A DNA stretch of 64,000 bases. It comes from Deferrisomatales bacterium. Lineage in GTDB: Bacteria; Desulfobacterota; Deferrisomatia; Deferrisomatales; JACRMM01. The DNA lies in the NCBI GenBank assembly GCA_033551855.1, contig JAWSUI010000001.1:128001-192000 (forward strand), in the 5' to 3' direction. The position numbers and the translations under genes are program-made. The notes under the pieces are model-generated. The model saw only the letters and a list, made by a program, of their open reading frames with translations. It did no database searches and had not been told where the DNA came from. Within the stretch, counting starts at the first letter, position 1, and the number at the start of each line of letters is the position of its first letter. This document shows, piece after piece, positions 53,516 through 63,742 of this stretch.

Positions 53516-56500
53516 CTACATCGCCCCGATCTGGGCCAGAACTTCCTCGTTGTTGAAGCCGTTGAGGTCCGCGGCGTTCATCCGACAGGACGACGTGCAC
53601 ACGCCGCAGCCCTTGCACAGCACCGTGTTCACCACCGCCGCCCCCTGGGCGGCATCGACGGCGATGGCGCTGTAGGGGCAGTTGATCTCGCACAGGCCGC
53701 AGGCCATGCAACGGTCGGTGATGACGTAGGCGGTCTTGCCCTCTGCCTCGATGTAGGGCTGGGTGAGAACCGTCGCGGCCCGGGAGACCGCTGCGTTGGC
53801 CTGGGTCACGCTCTCGTCGCTCATCTTTGGCGAGTGGGCCAGCCCGCACACGAAGACCCCGTCGGTGGCGAAATCCACCGGGCGCAGCTTGACGTGGGCC
53901 TCCAGGAAGAACCCGTCCTGGTTCGTCGGCACCTTGAGCATGCGACCGATGTCCGCGTTCTCGGGGTTCGGTGCGGTGCCCACGCTCAGCACCACCACGT
54001 CGGCCCCCAGATGCACGGGCTGATTGAGCACCGGGTCGAAGGCGCGCACCGAGAGGCGGCCTCCCTCGCCTTCGGCGACCTCGGGCCGGCGCTCCTCGTC
54101 GTAGCGCACGAACTGTATTCCCAGCTCCCGGGCCCGGCGGTAGAAGTCCTCCTTGAGCCCGTAGGTGCGCACGTCCCGGTAGAGGATGGTGATCTCCCGG
54201 CTGGGGTCGGCCTCCTTCAGCCGCAGGGCGTTCTTGATCGCCTCACTGCAGCAGTACCGGCTGCAGTAGGGGTGCTCGGCACTCCGGGAGCCGACGCACT
54301 GGATCATGACCACCTGCCGCAGGGCGTCGAGTCGGTGATCCTCTGCCGCGATCGCCCCTTCGAGCTCCCGCTGGGTGACCACCCGCTCCGACTGGCCGTA
54401 CAGGTACTCGGAGGTCTCCATCTCGCTGCCGCCCGTGGCCACGATCACGACCCCGTGCTCGAAGCTGCGCTCCCCCGCGGGGGTGGCGATGGTGGTCTCG
54501 TAGTTCCCGATGAAGCCGTCGATCTTCGTCGCCCGGGAGCCGGTGTAGGCCGTGATGAGCCGGTTCCGCTCCACCTGCGCGAGCAGGACCTTCAGGTGTG
54601 CCTGGGTGTCGAGCCCCTCGAGGGTGTAGTGGAGGTGCCGGTAATTGCCCCCGAGCTCGGGCTCGGTCTCGACGATGCAGGAGGCGAAGCCCTGGTCGGC
54701 CAGCCGCAGTGCGGCCGTGATCCCCGAGAGCCCTCCCCCCAGGATCAGGGCGGCCGTGGTGATGGGCAGCTGGCCCGGCTGGAGGGGCTGGAGGTACGCG
54801 GACTTGGCCACCGCCATCCGGACCAGGTCCTTGGCCTTCTCTGTGGCCTTCTCCGGCTCGTGCATGTGCACCCACGAGCCCTGATCCCGGATGTTCGCCA
54901 TCTCGAAGAGGAAGGGGTTCAGGCCCGCCTTTTCGAGGTTCTCCTGGAAGAGCCCCTCGTGGGTTCGTGGGGAGCAGGAAGCCACCACCACCCGGGTCAG
55001 GTCGTGGTCGCGGATCACCTCGGCCATCTGCACCGCCGTGTCCTGGGAGCAGGTGAAGAGGTTGTCGGTGACGTACGCCACGTTGGGGAGGGTGCGGGCG
55101 TATTCGGCCACGCCGGGCACATCCACCACGCCGCCGATGTTGATGCCGCAGTGGCACACGAACACCCCCACCCGGGGCCCCGTGCCCCGAAGGTCCTTTT
55201 CCGTGGGGAGCTCCTCCTCGGCCACCAGGGTCCCCCGCCGGGAGGCGAGGAGCCCCTGGGCGCAGGCCGCGGCACCGCTGGCCTCCATGACCGTCTCCGG
55301 GATGTCCTTGGGGCCCCCGAAGGCCCCGCACACGTACACGCCGGCCCGGCTGGTCTCGACCGGGTTCTCGAGGGCGGTCCGGCAAAACCCCTGGTCCGTG
55401 AGCTCGATACCCAGGGCCGAGGCGAGCCCGGCGGCCTCCCGGGGCGGGGTGAGCCCCACGGAGAGGACCACCATCTCGAACTCCTCCTCCACCTGGGTGC
55501 CGTCCTCCAGGACGTAGGTGAGGAGGAGGTTCTTCGATCTCTGGAGCTCCTTGAGGGTGGAAGGGATCGAGCGGATGTAACGGACCCCGTAGTCCTTCTT
55601 GGCCCGCTCCACGAACCGGTCGAAGTCCTTCCCGTGGGCCCGGATGTCCATGAAGAAGATGGTGGGCTCCAGGTCCTTCGCGTGCTCCTTGCCGATGATC
55701 GCCTCCTTGGTGGCGTACATGCAGCAGACCGACGAACACCACGTGTTCCCGCACCGCACATCGCGGGAGCCCACGCACTGGATGAAGGCGACCTTCTTCG
55801 GCTCCTTCCCGTCGGAGATCCGCTGCACGTGCCCGAAGTAGGGACCCGAGGCGGAGAGGATTCGCTCGAACTGGAGGCTCGTGACCACGTTGGGGTAGAC
55901 CCCGTAGCCATACTCCCCGAGGGCCCCGGCGTCGAACGGCTCGAAGCCCGGCGCCGCGATCACCGCGCCCACCTCCAGCTCGCGCACCCGTGCGGCGTCC
56001 TCGTGAACCACGGCGTGGGCCACGCAGGCCTCCACGCACTGGTAGCACTCCGAGCAGATACCGCAGGACAGGCACCGCTCGGCCTCCGCCCTTGCCTCGG
56101 CCTCGGTCATGGGCCGGATTACCTCGCGGAAGTGGGTCGCCCGCTCGGCCGGGGGCAGGTGGGGCATGTGGAGCCGTGACGCCTTGGCGACGGCGCCTGT
56201 GTCGCCCGGGTCGGCCAGCCCTTCGTCCCAGTTGCGGGACCGGCCCGCAGCAAGCTCCTCGCCCTTGAGGTACCGGTCGATGGAGACCGCAGCCTCCTTG
56301 CCGGCGTTCACCGCCTTGACCACGGTGGCCGGGCCGGTCACGGCGTCGCCGCCGGCGAACACGCCGGGCAGGGTCGTGGCAAAAGTCACCGGGTCGGCGT
56401 CGATGGTGTTCCAGCGGTTGACCAGGGCGCCGCTGCCGTTCGCGAGGAACGAGAGGTCGCACTGCTGGCCGATGGCCGGGACCACCGCGTCCACCTCGAG

Positions 56501-57943
56501 CCGGAACTCCGAGCCCTTCACCGGCACGGGGCGGCGGCGGCCCGAGGCGTCGGGCTCCCCGAGCTCCATCCGGACGCACTCGATGCCCGTGACCCGGCCG
56601 TTCTCGCCCAGGACCCGCACGGGCGCGACCAGGAGCTCCAACCGGACGCCCTCTTCCAGGGCCTCCTCGACCTCCTCGGGGGAGGCGGGCATCTCGGCCC
56701 GGCTGCGCCGGTACAGACAGACCACTTCTCTGGAGCCCGTGCGAAGCGCCGTGCGCACCGCGTCCATGGCCACGTTGCCCCCGCCGATCACGGCGACCCG
56801 GTCCCCCAGGAACACCTTCTCCCCCAGGTTCACCCGTCTGAGGTAGTCCACCCCGTGGACCACGCCCTCGAGCTCCTCGCCGTCCACGTCGAGCCGGGCG
56901 CTCCGCTGTGCCCCCACGGCCACGAAGACCGCGTCGTAGTCCCTCCGGAGGTCGTCGAAGGCCACGTCCTTCCCCACGGCGCTGTTCAGGCGGATCTCGA
57001 CCCCCAGGTCGCGAATCACCTGGATCTCTGCGCCCAGCACGTCCCGGGGCAGCCGGTACTCAGGGATGCCGGCCCACATCCACCCGCCGGCCACCGGAAG
57101 GGCCTCGAAGACGGTGACGCGGTACCCCTCCGCCGCCAGGTAGTACGCCGCCGTGAGCCCGCCGGGCCCGGCGCCGACGATGGCCACCTTCTTCCCCGTG
57201 CCCTCCTTCACCTCGGGCACGTAGCGGGTCTCGGCCTTCAGGTCGAGGTCGGCCACGAAGCGCTTGAGGTGCATGATGTCGACGGGCTCGTCCACCTCGG
57301 CCCGCTTGCACGCCCCCTCGCAGGGGTGGTTGCAGACGCGGCCGCACACCGACGGGAAGGGGTTCTCCTGCTTGATCAGCTTCAACGCCTCGGCGTACTT
57401 GCCCTGGGCGATCAGGGCCACGTATCCCTGGACGCTGATGTGGGTGGGACACGCCGCCTTGCAGGGCGAGGTGCCCCGCTTCTCGATGGCGAACGCAGCC
57501 GGAATCGCCTGGGGGAAGTGCCGGTAGGCCGCCGTGCGCTCCGAGAGCCCCCCGTTGAACTCATCGGGCCGGGGCACCGGGCATACCTTGGCGCAGTCGC
57601 CGCACCCGGTGCACTTGTCGAGATCGATGAACCGGGGCGCCTGGGCGAGCTTCACCCGGAACCGTCCAGCCGACCCCTCCACGGCCTCGACCGTGGCCTG
57701 GGTGAGGATCTCCACATTCGGGTGGCGGCCCACCTCCACGAGCTTCGGCGAGAGGATGCACGCCGAGCAGTCATTCGTGGGGAAGGTCTTGTCCAACTGG
57801 GCCATGACCCCGCCGATGGAGATCCCCTTCTCCACCAGGTAGACCTTCATCCCGGAGTTCGCGAGGTCCAGGGACGCCTGGATGCCGGCGATCCCGGAGC
57901 CCACCACCATCACAGCGCCTACGCTTTCGCCATTGGTCGACAC
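53516..57943 (-). CDS. hdrA: Large HdrA-like flavoprotein with inserted GltD-like NAD(P)H domain (HdrL type)
   Basis: LDKTFPTNDC; GltD block (CPTH, CGRVC, GAGPGG, GGGNVAMD); two QCVGSR..CS..CC modules; HVKLRP; C-terminal ferredoxin; GTG start with RBS gaggga. Confidence 0.9.
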   Translation of the reverse strand: MSTNGESVGAVMVVGSGIAGIQASLDLANSGMKVYLVEKGISIGGVMAQLDKTFPTNDCSACILSPKLVEVGRHPNVEILTQATVEAVEGSAGRFRVKLAQAPRFIDLDKCTGCGDCAKVCPVPRPDEFNGGLSERTAAYRHFPQAIPAAFAIEKRGTSPCKAACPTHISVQGYVALIAQGKYAEALKLIKQENPFPSVCGRVCNHPCEGACKRAEVDEPVDIMHLKRFVADLDLKAETRYVPEVKEGTGKKVAIVGAGPGGLTAAYYLAAEGYRVTVFEALPVAGGWMWAGIPEYRLPRDVLGAEIQVIRDLGVEIRLNSAVGKDVAFDDLRRDYDAVFVAVGAQRSARLDVDGEELEGVVHGVDYLRRVNLGEKVFLGDRVAVIGGGNVAMDAVRTALRTGSREVVCLYRRSRAEMPASPEEVEEALEEGVRLELLVAPVRVLGENGRVTGIECVRMELGEPDASGRRRPVPVKGSEFRLEVDAVVPAIGQQCDLSFLANGSGALVNRWNTIDADPVTFATTLPGVFAGGDAVTGPATVVKAVNAGKEAAVSIDRYLKGEELAAGRSRNWDEGLADPGDTGAVAKASRLHMPHLPPAERATHFREVIRPMTEAEARAEAERCLSCGICSECYQCVEACVAHAVVHEDAARVRELEVGAVIAAPGFEPFDAGALGEYGYGVYPNVVTSLQFERILSASGPYFGHVQRISDGKEPKKVAFIQCVGSRDVRCGNTWCSSVCCMYATKEAIIGKEHAKDLEPTIFFMDIRAHGKDFDRFVERAKKDYGVRYIRSIPSTLKELQRSKNLLLTYVLEDGTQVEEEFEMVVLSVGLTPPREAAGLASALGIELTDQGFCRTALENPVETSRAGVYVCGAFGGPKDIPETVMEASGAAACAQGLLASRRGTLVAEEELPTEKDLRGTGPRVGVFVCHCGINIGGVVDVPGVAEYARTLPNVAYVTDNLFTCSQDTAVQMAEVIRDHDLTRVVVASCSPRTHEGLFQENLEKAGLNPFLFEMANIRDQGSWVHMHEPEKATEKAKDLVRMAVAKSAYLQPLQPGQLPITTAALILGGGLSGITAALRLADQGFASCIVETEPELGGNYRHLHYTLEGLDTQAHLKVLLAQVERNRLITAYTGSRATKIDGFIGNYETTIATPAGERSFEHGVVIVATGGSEMETSEYLYGQSERVVTQRELEGAIAAEDHRLDALRQVVMIQCVGSRSAEHPYCSRYCCSEAIKNALRLKEADPSREITILYRDVRTYGLKEDFYRRARELGIQFVRYDEERRPEVAEGEGGRLSVRAFDPVLNQPVHLGADVVVLSVGTAPNPENADIGRMLKVPTNQDGFFLEAHVKLRPVDFATDGVFVCGLAHSPKMSDESVTQANAAVSRAATVLTQPYIEAEGKTAYVITDRCMACGLCEINCPYSAIAVDAAQGAAVVNTVLCKGCGVCTSSCRMNAADLNGFNNEEVLAQIGAM

Positions 57944-58093
57944 GGATCGGTCCCTCGATGCTGGCGCGCGGCCGGTCTTCTGCGCGGACGCACGTGAAAC
58001 ATGCCACAATCCTGGCCTGCCTACCCATCACCGGGAGTCGGGAAGGGGAGCACCACGGGCAGGGCCACCTTTGTACGACTTTTCACGGGCGGA

Positions 58094-58180
58094 AGTCAAC
58101 ACTGCCATTCGCCCTGGATCCACCGCCTGGCACGTGCCCGGGGTCGGGGAGCCCCTCCGCTCCACCCCGCAATCCCCGAT
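58094..58180. repeat. Short degenerate copy of the 213-bp repeat family
   Basis: ccctggatccaccgcctgg..ggggtcggggagcccctccgctccaccccgcaatcc. Confidence 0.6.
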
Positions 58181-58194
58181 ACCCGGACGAGCCC

Positions 58195-58236
58195 AAAAAA
58201 TCCCCCGACCCGCGATGGCGGCAGGCCGGGGGATTT
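58195..58236 (-). terminator. Rho-independent terminator of the cytochrome gene
   Basis: aaatcccccg...cgggggattt hairpin followed by a T-run on the minus strand. Confidence 0.7.
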
Positions 58237-58291
58237 CACTGGTGGATGCGGGATTCCGTCGCCCCCCGTCGTTGGGGAGCGGAATCCGGAA

Positions 58292-60724
58292 TCAGTTGGA
58301 GTCGTCGGTCAGCGGAATCCCCTCTGCCGGCTTGCCGATCGCGCCCAAGACCGCATCCCGGATGAAGGTATGGGTGCGGATGTCGGGCAAGTTGGTGCTG
58401 CGGGCCCGCTTCGGCATCACGTCGTCGAGCACGTAGCCGTGGCTGGGGCCGTGACAGTCGGCGCACAGCTGCTCGAAGGGCTTTTTCAGTGTGGTGCCGT
58501 TGTGGGTGTCGTGGCAGTCGGTGCAGGTCATCCCCTTCTTGGGTCCCTGCTCCAGGTCGTTGTACTCCTGGCGGTGGGAGCGGCTGGCGCCGTCGGCGTA
58601 GAAGCGCTGGCTGGCACCCGCTGCGGGACCGGCAAAGAACCCGACGGTCTCTCCACCTTCCGTCTTCTCCCAGACGTTGAGGTTGCGCGCCACGCTGAGA
58701 ATCATGACGTGATCCGCGACCTTGTCGCCGAGCTGGAAGCCGGGAGCGTCCTCTCGACCCTCCAGGGTGTTGTGTGCGCTGTTGCGGCCGTGACAGGCGC
58801 CGCAGAACTCGAGCTGCGCCGACCGCTTGAACTTGGCCGGATTGATGATCCAGTCTGCCCGGGCAGTTCCGGCCGGAGGAGACACGTGGTTCCCGGCCGG
58901 ACCGTGGCAGGCTTCGCAACCGATGCCGAGCTCTGCCACGACGGTTTCGAGGGAGTACTCGTTATCCTGGCGACGGATGCCGGCGTCGATAGCCGGGTCC
59001 CGGATGTCCTCCGAGAACTCCAGGTCGAACCCGGTGGCGTGGCACGCCAGGCAGCGATCCTCGTAGACCCGACCGGAAGCGTAGGCTGCCAGACGCGGAT
59101 CGGTGCCGTCCGGCGTGTCGTAGAACTGCGACTGGACGAACACGTGGCCGTCATTGGTCTTGACCACGAAACGCTGCTTCCACTTGCTGCCGACCGTGTA
59201 AACAATCTCGTCCAGGGAACCGAGAAAGTTTCCCGAGCCCTGGCGGATCTCCAGGAGCGGACTGGTTGGGTCGTTGGTCATCAGGTCAAGCAGCAACTCC
59301 CGCGCCGTGCCCATGAGCTCATCGGCGCCAGGGTCGAAGGGCTGGATCATCTTGCCGTGCATCGTGCCGGCCCAGCCGCTGTGCTCAGCGGTGTGGCAGG
59401 CACTGCAGATTTGTGATCCCGCGTAGTTTGCAGCGGTCAGGTCGGGCAGAACGGCGGCATCTTGAGTGAGGGGTACGTCGTCAGCGGGCTTTCCGAGGGC
59501 CCCGTACCGGAAGGTGTGGGTGCGGATGTCAGGTAGGTTCGTGCTGCGCGCCCGCTTGGGCATGATGATGTCGATGTCTTCCTGGGTGAATGCCCGGCCG
59601 GGCGCCATGGTGCCGTCGTGGCAGGTAGCGCACAGGGCGACCGCGTCGGCGGCCCTGAGGGCGTTGCCGGCGTGGGGGTCGTGGCAGTCGGTGCACGTCA
59701 GCTTGCCGGCATGGGGGCCCTGCAACATGTCGTTGTACTCCTGCCGGTGCGAACGGCTCGCGCCGTCGTCATAGAAGCGCTGGCTTGCTCCCGCCGCGGC
59801 GCCGGCGAAGTAGCCGACTCCCGGTTTGTGCCACACGTTGCCGCCTTCCGCGTCCGTCACATCCTGCATCTTCACAACCTCGTGAAGATTTACATCGCCA
59901 AGCTGAAAGCCCAAAGCGTCTTCGCGGCCGTCGATGGTCGCATGGGCGCTGTTGCGCCCATGGCAGGACCCGCAGAACTGGAACTGCTGCTCGATGCTGT
60001 AATCAGCAGGATTCAGAATGTTGGACGCCGAGGGTGAGGAGACATGGTCCTCGCCGGGGCCATGGCACTTCTCGCAACCGATGCCCAGTTCGGTGACGAC
60101 GCTCCCAAGGGTGTAGAGGGGATCTGCCCGGTCCAGCGTATTGGCCCGGTCCACATCGAAACCGGTGGCGTGACAGTCGAGACAACGGTCCTCATAAACC
60201 CGCGCCGATGCGTAATCGGCGATCCTTGGGTTGAATCCGTCAGGAGTGTCATAGAATTGCCCGTTGACAAAGACGTGTCCGGCGTCGGTCTTGACGACAT
60301 ACCGCTGCTTCCACTTGCCGCCGACGACGTAGACGATCTGGTCCAGAGATTCAAGGAAAAGCCTGGAACCGGCTACGCCGTACTCGAGGCGCGGATCCGT
60401 GGGGTTGCTCGCGATGAGGGACTCCAGGAGCTCCCGGGCTTCGGGAAGGATGGTCTCGTCGCCGGCTACCCGAATCATGTCCCCATGAACGGTTTCGGCC
60501 CACCCTGCGTAAGCGGCGGAGTGACAGGTCTGGCAGGCTTCCGACCCGACGAAACCGGCTCGCGGCTGCCCTTCGAGGATCGGAGTTTCGACGATGGGAT
60601 CGACAGGGGGGCTCGCGGGAGTCGACGAGCTCGAGGAACCGCAACCGGCCAGCGCTCCCGCAAGAGCTACAGCTACCGCCAGTGCCGTCGTTGTCGCGAC
60701 CCCTCTCCAGGTTTGCTGTTTCAT
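58292..60724 (-). CDS. Dodecaheme c-type cytochrome lipoprotein (2 x 6-heme module)
   Basis: Lipobox LAGC followed by a Ser run; 12 CxxCH motifs; internal duplication. Confidence 0.9.
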   Translation of the reverse strand: MKQQTWRGVATTTALAVAVALAGALAGCGSSSSSTPASPPVDPIVETPILEGQPRAGFVGSEACQTCHSAAYAGWAETVHGDMIRVAGDETILPEARELLESLIASNPTDPRLEYGVAGSRLFLESLDQIVYVVGGKWKQRYVVKTDAGHVFVNGQFYDTPDGFNPRIADYASARVYEDRCLDCHATGFDVDRANTLDRADPLYTLGSVVTELGIGCEKCHGPGEDHVSSPSASNILNPADYSIEQQFQFCGSCHGRNSAHATIDGREDALGFQLGDVNLHEVVKMQDVTDAEGGNVWHKPGVGYFAGAAAGASQRFYDDGASRSHRQEYNDMLQGPHAGKLTCTDCHDPHAGNALRAADAVALCATCHDGTMAPGRAFTQEDIDIIMPKRARSTNLPDIRTHTFRYGALGKPADDVPLTQDAAVLPDLTAANYAGSQICSACHTAEHSGWAGTMHGKMIQPFDPGADELMGTARELLLDLMTNDPTSPLLEIRQGSGNFLGSLDEIVYTVGSKWKQRFVVKTNDGHVFVQSQFYDTPDGTDPRLAAYASGRVYEDRCLACHATGFDLEFSEDIRDPAIDAGIRRQDNEYSLETVVAELGIGCEACHGPAGNHVSPPAGTARADWIINPAKFKRSAQLEFCGACHGRNSAHNTLEGREDAPGFQLGDKVADHVMILSVARNLNVWEKTEGGETVGFFAGPAAGASQRFYADGASRSHRQEYNDLEQGPKKGMTCTDCHDTHNGTTLKKPFEQLCADCHGPSHGYVLDDVMPKRARSTNLPDIRTHTFIRDAVLGAIGKPAEGIPLTDDSN

Positions 60725-60990
60725 CGGCAGTTCCTCTCCTTCCCGGTTGGTGAAACGGTTTCGCTGCAGCACTTCTGGGGTTCCCGGCGGTCTTGTGGCA
60801 GACACGCACACCGCGGGAACATGCCCATCCCATGCCCATCCCGAGGAAGCCTAGAGGAGGGGGGAGGTTGGATTCCAGATAAGTTGAGTTGAGGAAAGCG
60901 GCAATTCTGTGAAGATTGGCCCACACCGGCGGGGAGCCTACGGGGAACCGCTCTGGGACGTGGCGGCGAGCTGCCGGCAATCCTGGAGAG

Positions 60991-61659
60991 TCAGCCCTCG
61001 CCTTGTCGGGTGATCTCCTCGAGACAGGCCACCACCCTGATTCCCTCGGTGGTGAGAGAGTAGTTCTTGCGCTCGTCCTGGGAGACGAGACCCGCCTCCT
61101 TGAGGATGCGCAGATGAAAGTTCACCTTGGTGTGATCGTCAATCGCGAGGGCCCGCGTGAGATCCATGAAGCGCAGCTTGGCATGGCGGCTGAGGAGGCG
61201 CAATGCGTCCCTCCGGATGGCGTTTCCCAAACAGTGGAAGGTGGTTTCCGCGTCGGGAGGGGTCTCGCACTCGGAGAATCGCGCAGACTCGAGGCACCGC
61301 CTTACCGCCACCGTGAGCTCGTCGAGTCGGAACGGCTTGACCAGATAGTCCTCGGCTCCTCGGCGCATGGCCTCCACCGCGCTTTGGACTGTGGCGAAGG
61401 CCGTGATCATCACGACCCTCGACCGGGGCGCCTGTCGCCGAATAAGAGGAAGCGCCTCCATGCCCCCCATCCCGGGCATCATCAGGTCGAGGAGGACGAC
61501 GTCGAACGGCTCCTTGCGGAGGATCTCGAGGGCTTCGTCCGCCCGGCTCGCCAGGGTCACACCGAACCCCGCGCCGGCGAGAATCTCTTGGATGTTTTCT
61601 TGCAGGTCCCGGTCGTCGTCGACGACGAGAACCCTAGCCGACGGCAGAGCCCTCGTCAT
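60991..61659 (-). CDS. Response regulator (REC plus ArsR-like winged helix)
   Basis: LVVDDD, LLDLMMP, MITA and KPF; C-terminal NAIRR..L..NFHLRILKEAGLV. Confidence 0.88.
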   Translation of the reverse strand: MTRALPSARVLVVDDDRDLQENIQEILAGAGFGVTLASRADEALEILRKEPFDVVLLDLMMPGMGGMEALPLIRRQAPRSRVVMITAFATVQSAVEAMRRGAEDYLVKPFRLDELTVAVRRCLESARFSECETPPDAETTFHCLGNAIRRDALRLLSRHAKLRFMDLTRALAIDDHTKVNFHLRILKEAGLVSQDERKNYSLTTEGIRVVACLEEITRQGEG

Positions 61660-63070
61660 GGGAGACTCCTGGAAGGGGGAACACCACGGCCATCTTCGTT
61701 CCTCCGGGTCCGGTTTCCTTGAGCTCGATCCGACCCCCGTGCCGTTCCATGATCCCCTGGGAGACCGAGAGCCCGAGCCCGGTGCCGTGTCCGACCTCCT
61801 TGGTCGTAAAAAACGGATCGAAGATGCGGCCGCGGTGCTCGGGCGCGATCCCCGGGCCGCTGTCGGCGACCTCTGCAACCACATGGCCGTTCCCGGCAGC
61901 GGTGGTGATCACGATTCGGCCCCCCGGAGGGGTGACGTCCCTGGCGTTGACGAGGAGGTTCAGGAGGACCTCCTCGATCTTCCAGGGCACGATCCGGATC
62001 GGCGGGAGCTCGCCGGGGCGAAAGTCGATGGAATCGCCTTTCGGGGCCGTACCGAGAAGGGTCAACGTGCCTCGGATGACCTCGTTCAAATCCGCATCCA
62101 CCGCGTCGCCTTCCCGGGATCGGGAGACGAACAGGAGCTCCTGGGCGATCTTCGAGGCCCGCTGGAGATTTCGTTCGATGACCGTGAAACGTCTCGGGAT
62201 CGTTTCCGTGTCCGGCTCCCCTGAGAGGTCCCTCTTCAGCAGTTCGACCGAGAGGGAGACGTTGCTCAGCGGGTTGTTGATCTCGTGGGCGATGCCCGAG
62301 GCGAGCCTCCCGAGGGCGTTGATCCTCTCCGACTGCGCGAAGCGCTGCAGCCGTTGCTCGATCGCCACCTGGCGCTCGACGTCGAAGACATGCAGTCCGC
62401 GCATCAAGAAGTGCAGGATCCCCAAGGCGGAGAGGGCCCGGGCCACCTCGACCTGGACCAGGACGGGCAGAGGGGTGCGGGACGGGATCAGCCCGGTGAG
62501 GATGCCGTACAGGACGGTGAACAGGCCTGCCCAGACGAAGTTGTTCGCCCCCTTGCTGCTCAGTGTCCGCACGGTTGCCCCGTAGGCCAGGAAAGCGAGC
62601 CCGGCGGCCACCCCGGCGGGAAATCCCACCAGGTTGCGGATGCGGTAGTTGTGGTGCGCGAGGAAGTCGTGGGCGTACTGCTCTCTCCCGGCCAGCACTG
62701 CCAGCGCGAGAAGACCGAAGAGCAGGGGCGGGACGAGGAAGAGCGGGCGGCGCCATCGGGGGTAGATCCGCGAGAGGAGCAGGATGCCGAAGGACAGAAG
62801 GAAGCAGTACGAGAGCAGAACCGGCCACAGCTTCAAGGACTTGATCCGGAAGAGGAACGGGGCATCCTCGAAGGACTCCTGGAGCAGGAGGTACAGCTCG
62901 AGCCACTCGTGGAAGGCGTGGGTGAAGGCGAAGAGGGCAAACAGCCAGAGCGGCCGGGCGATCGCCTGATTGCTGGCGCGAAGGTCCCGCGCGAAGACCG
63001 CGACCCCCATGGAGAAGAAGACCAGGCCGTAGAGCAGGTACAGGACGAAGACGAACAAAGGGTTCGACAT
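61634..63070 (-). CDS. Multi-TM sensor histidine kinase
   Basis: About 7 TM helices, AHEINNP, NLLVNA, DSGPG, FDPFFTTK and GTGLGL. Confidence 0.92.
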   Translation of the reverse strand: MSNPLFVFVLYLLYGLVFFSMGVAVFARDLRASNQAIARPLWLFALFAFTHAFHEWLELYLLLQESFEDAPFLFRIKSLKLWPVLLSYCFLLSFGILLLSRIYPRWRRPLFLVPPLLFGLLALAVLAGREQYAHDFLAHHNYRIRNLVGFPAGVAAGLAFLAYGATVRTLSSKGANNFVWAGLFTVLYGILTGLIPSRTPLPVLVQVEVARALSALGILHFLMRGLHVFDVERQVAIEQRLQRFAQSERINALGRLASGIAHEINNPLSNVSLSVELLKRDLSGEPDTETIPRRFTVIERNLQRASKIAQELLFVSRSREGDAVDADLNEVIRGTLTLLGTAPKGDSIDFRPGELPPIRIVPWKIEEVLLNLLVNARDVTPPGGRIVITTAAGNGHVVAEVADSGPGIAPEHRGRIFDPFFTTKEVGHGTGLGLSVSQGIMERHGGRIELKETGPGGTKMAVVFPLPGVSHDEGSAVG

Positions 63071-63445
63071 GGGGTTCCCCCATCGCAGCCCGTCCGATGC
63101 CCGCTTCGGGGCCGGGGCAAGCGGAGCGCTCGACTCTCGGGCAGTTTAGCCGCGCCGGTTTCACGGGCACAAGCCGGGTGTCTTGGGACGCCCGGCCGCG
63201 AGGGTGGACGCCAGGCTCGACCCAGTCGTCGGACGTTGGCACCGACCCAGTCAGAAAGCCGAAAACAGCCTCGGTGCGCGGTGTCGGCCCCTGGTCGCCG
63301 TTCCAGACATCCCCAGTGGGCACTTCAGGTGGGTCCTGGTTTCTCGACACGGGCGTCGAACCCCGTGACGGAGGGCCTGTCGTGTCTCTCCCGCCCCCGG
63401 AAACGTGCCGGTCCCGTCCTGTGTCCTCCCCCAATTCCTGCACCT

Positions 63446-63459
63446 TTGACCTGCGTCAA
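63446..63459. promoter_or_regulatory. Putative CRP/FNR-family binding site
   Basis: Perfect palindrome TTGAC-CTGC-GTCAA. Confidence 0.45.
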
Positions 63460-63742
63460 TGCCCCCGGGGACATAACGGAGTTCTATTGACACCATTCCG
63501 GCGACCGCTTCGTTGCAGCGGGACGGGAGACGTCGAGGTGGCGAACACTGTTCTTTGTGCTGCGAAGGTTTTGCGACCGGCGAGGTCCGTGCCCCTCGCG
63601 ACCAGCTGCCTCCCGGGGAGAAGCGTTGCGGCGGGAGCGAGGGAACAAAATAAAACGGAGTTCTTGTCTGCGAACCATTCTCATTCACGAGCCGTGTAGG
63701 CGAACGTCCCGGCGGGGCCGGCCAGGGGAGGAGGGAAAGGGG

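Noticed and set aside
57755..57775. Possible selenocysteine in the HdrA N-terminal NDCxxC motif
   Set aside because: Both codons are TGC (Cys); there is no in-frame TGA
57986..58001. Third parS-like site
   Set aside because: Only CACGTGAAACA matches; the other arm is degenerate
60790..60845. Sigma54 promoter upstream of the multiheme cytochrome
   Set aside because: The GGCATG repeats lack a correctly spaced TTGC -12 element
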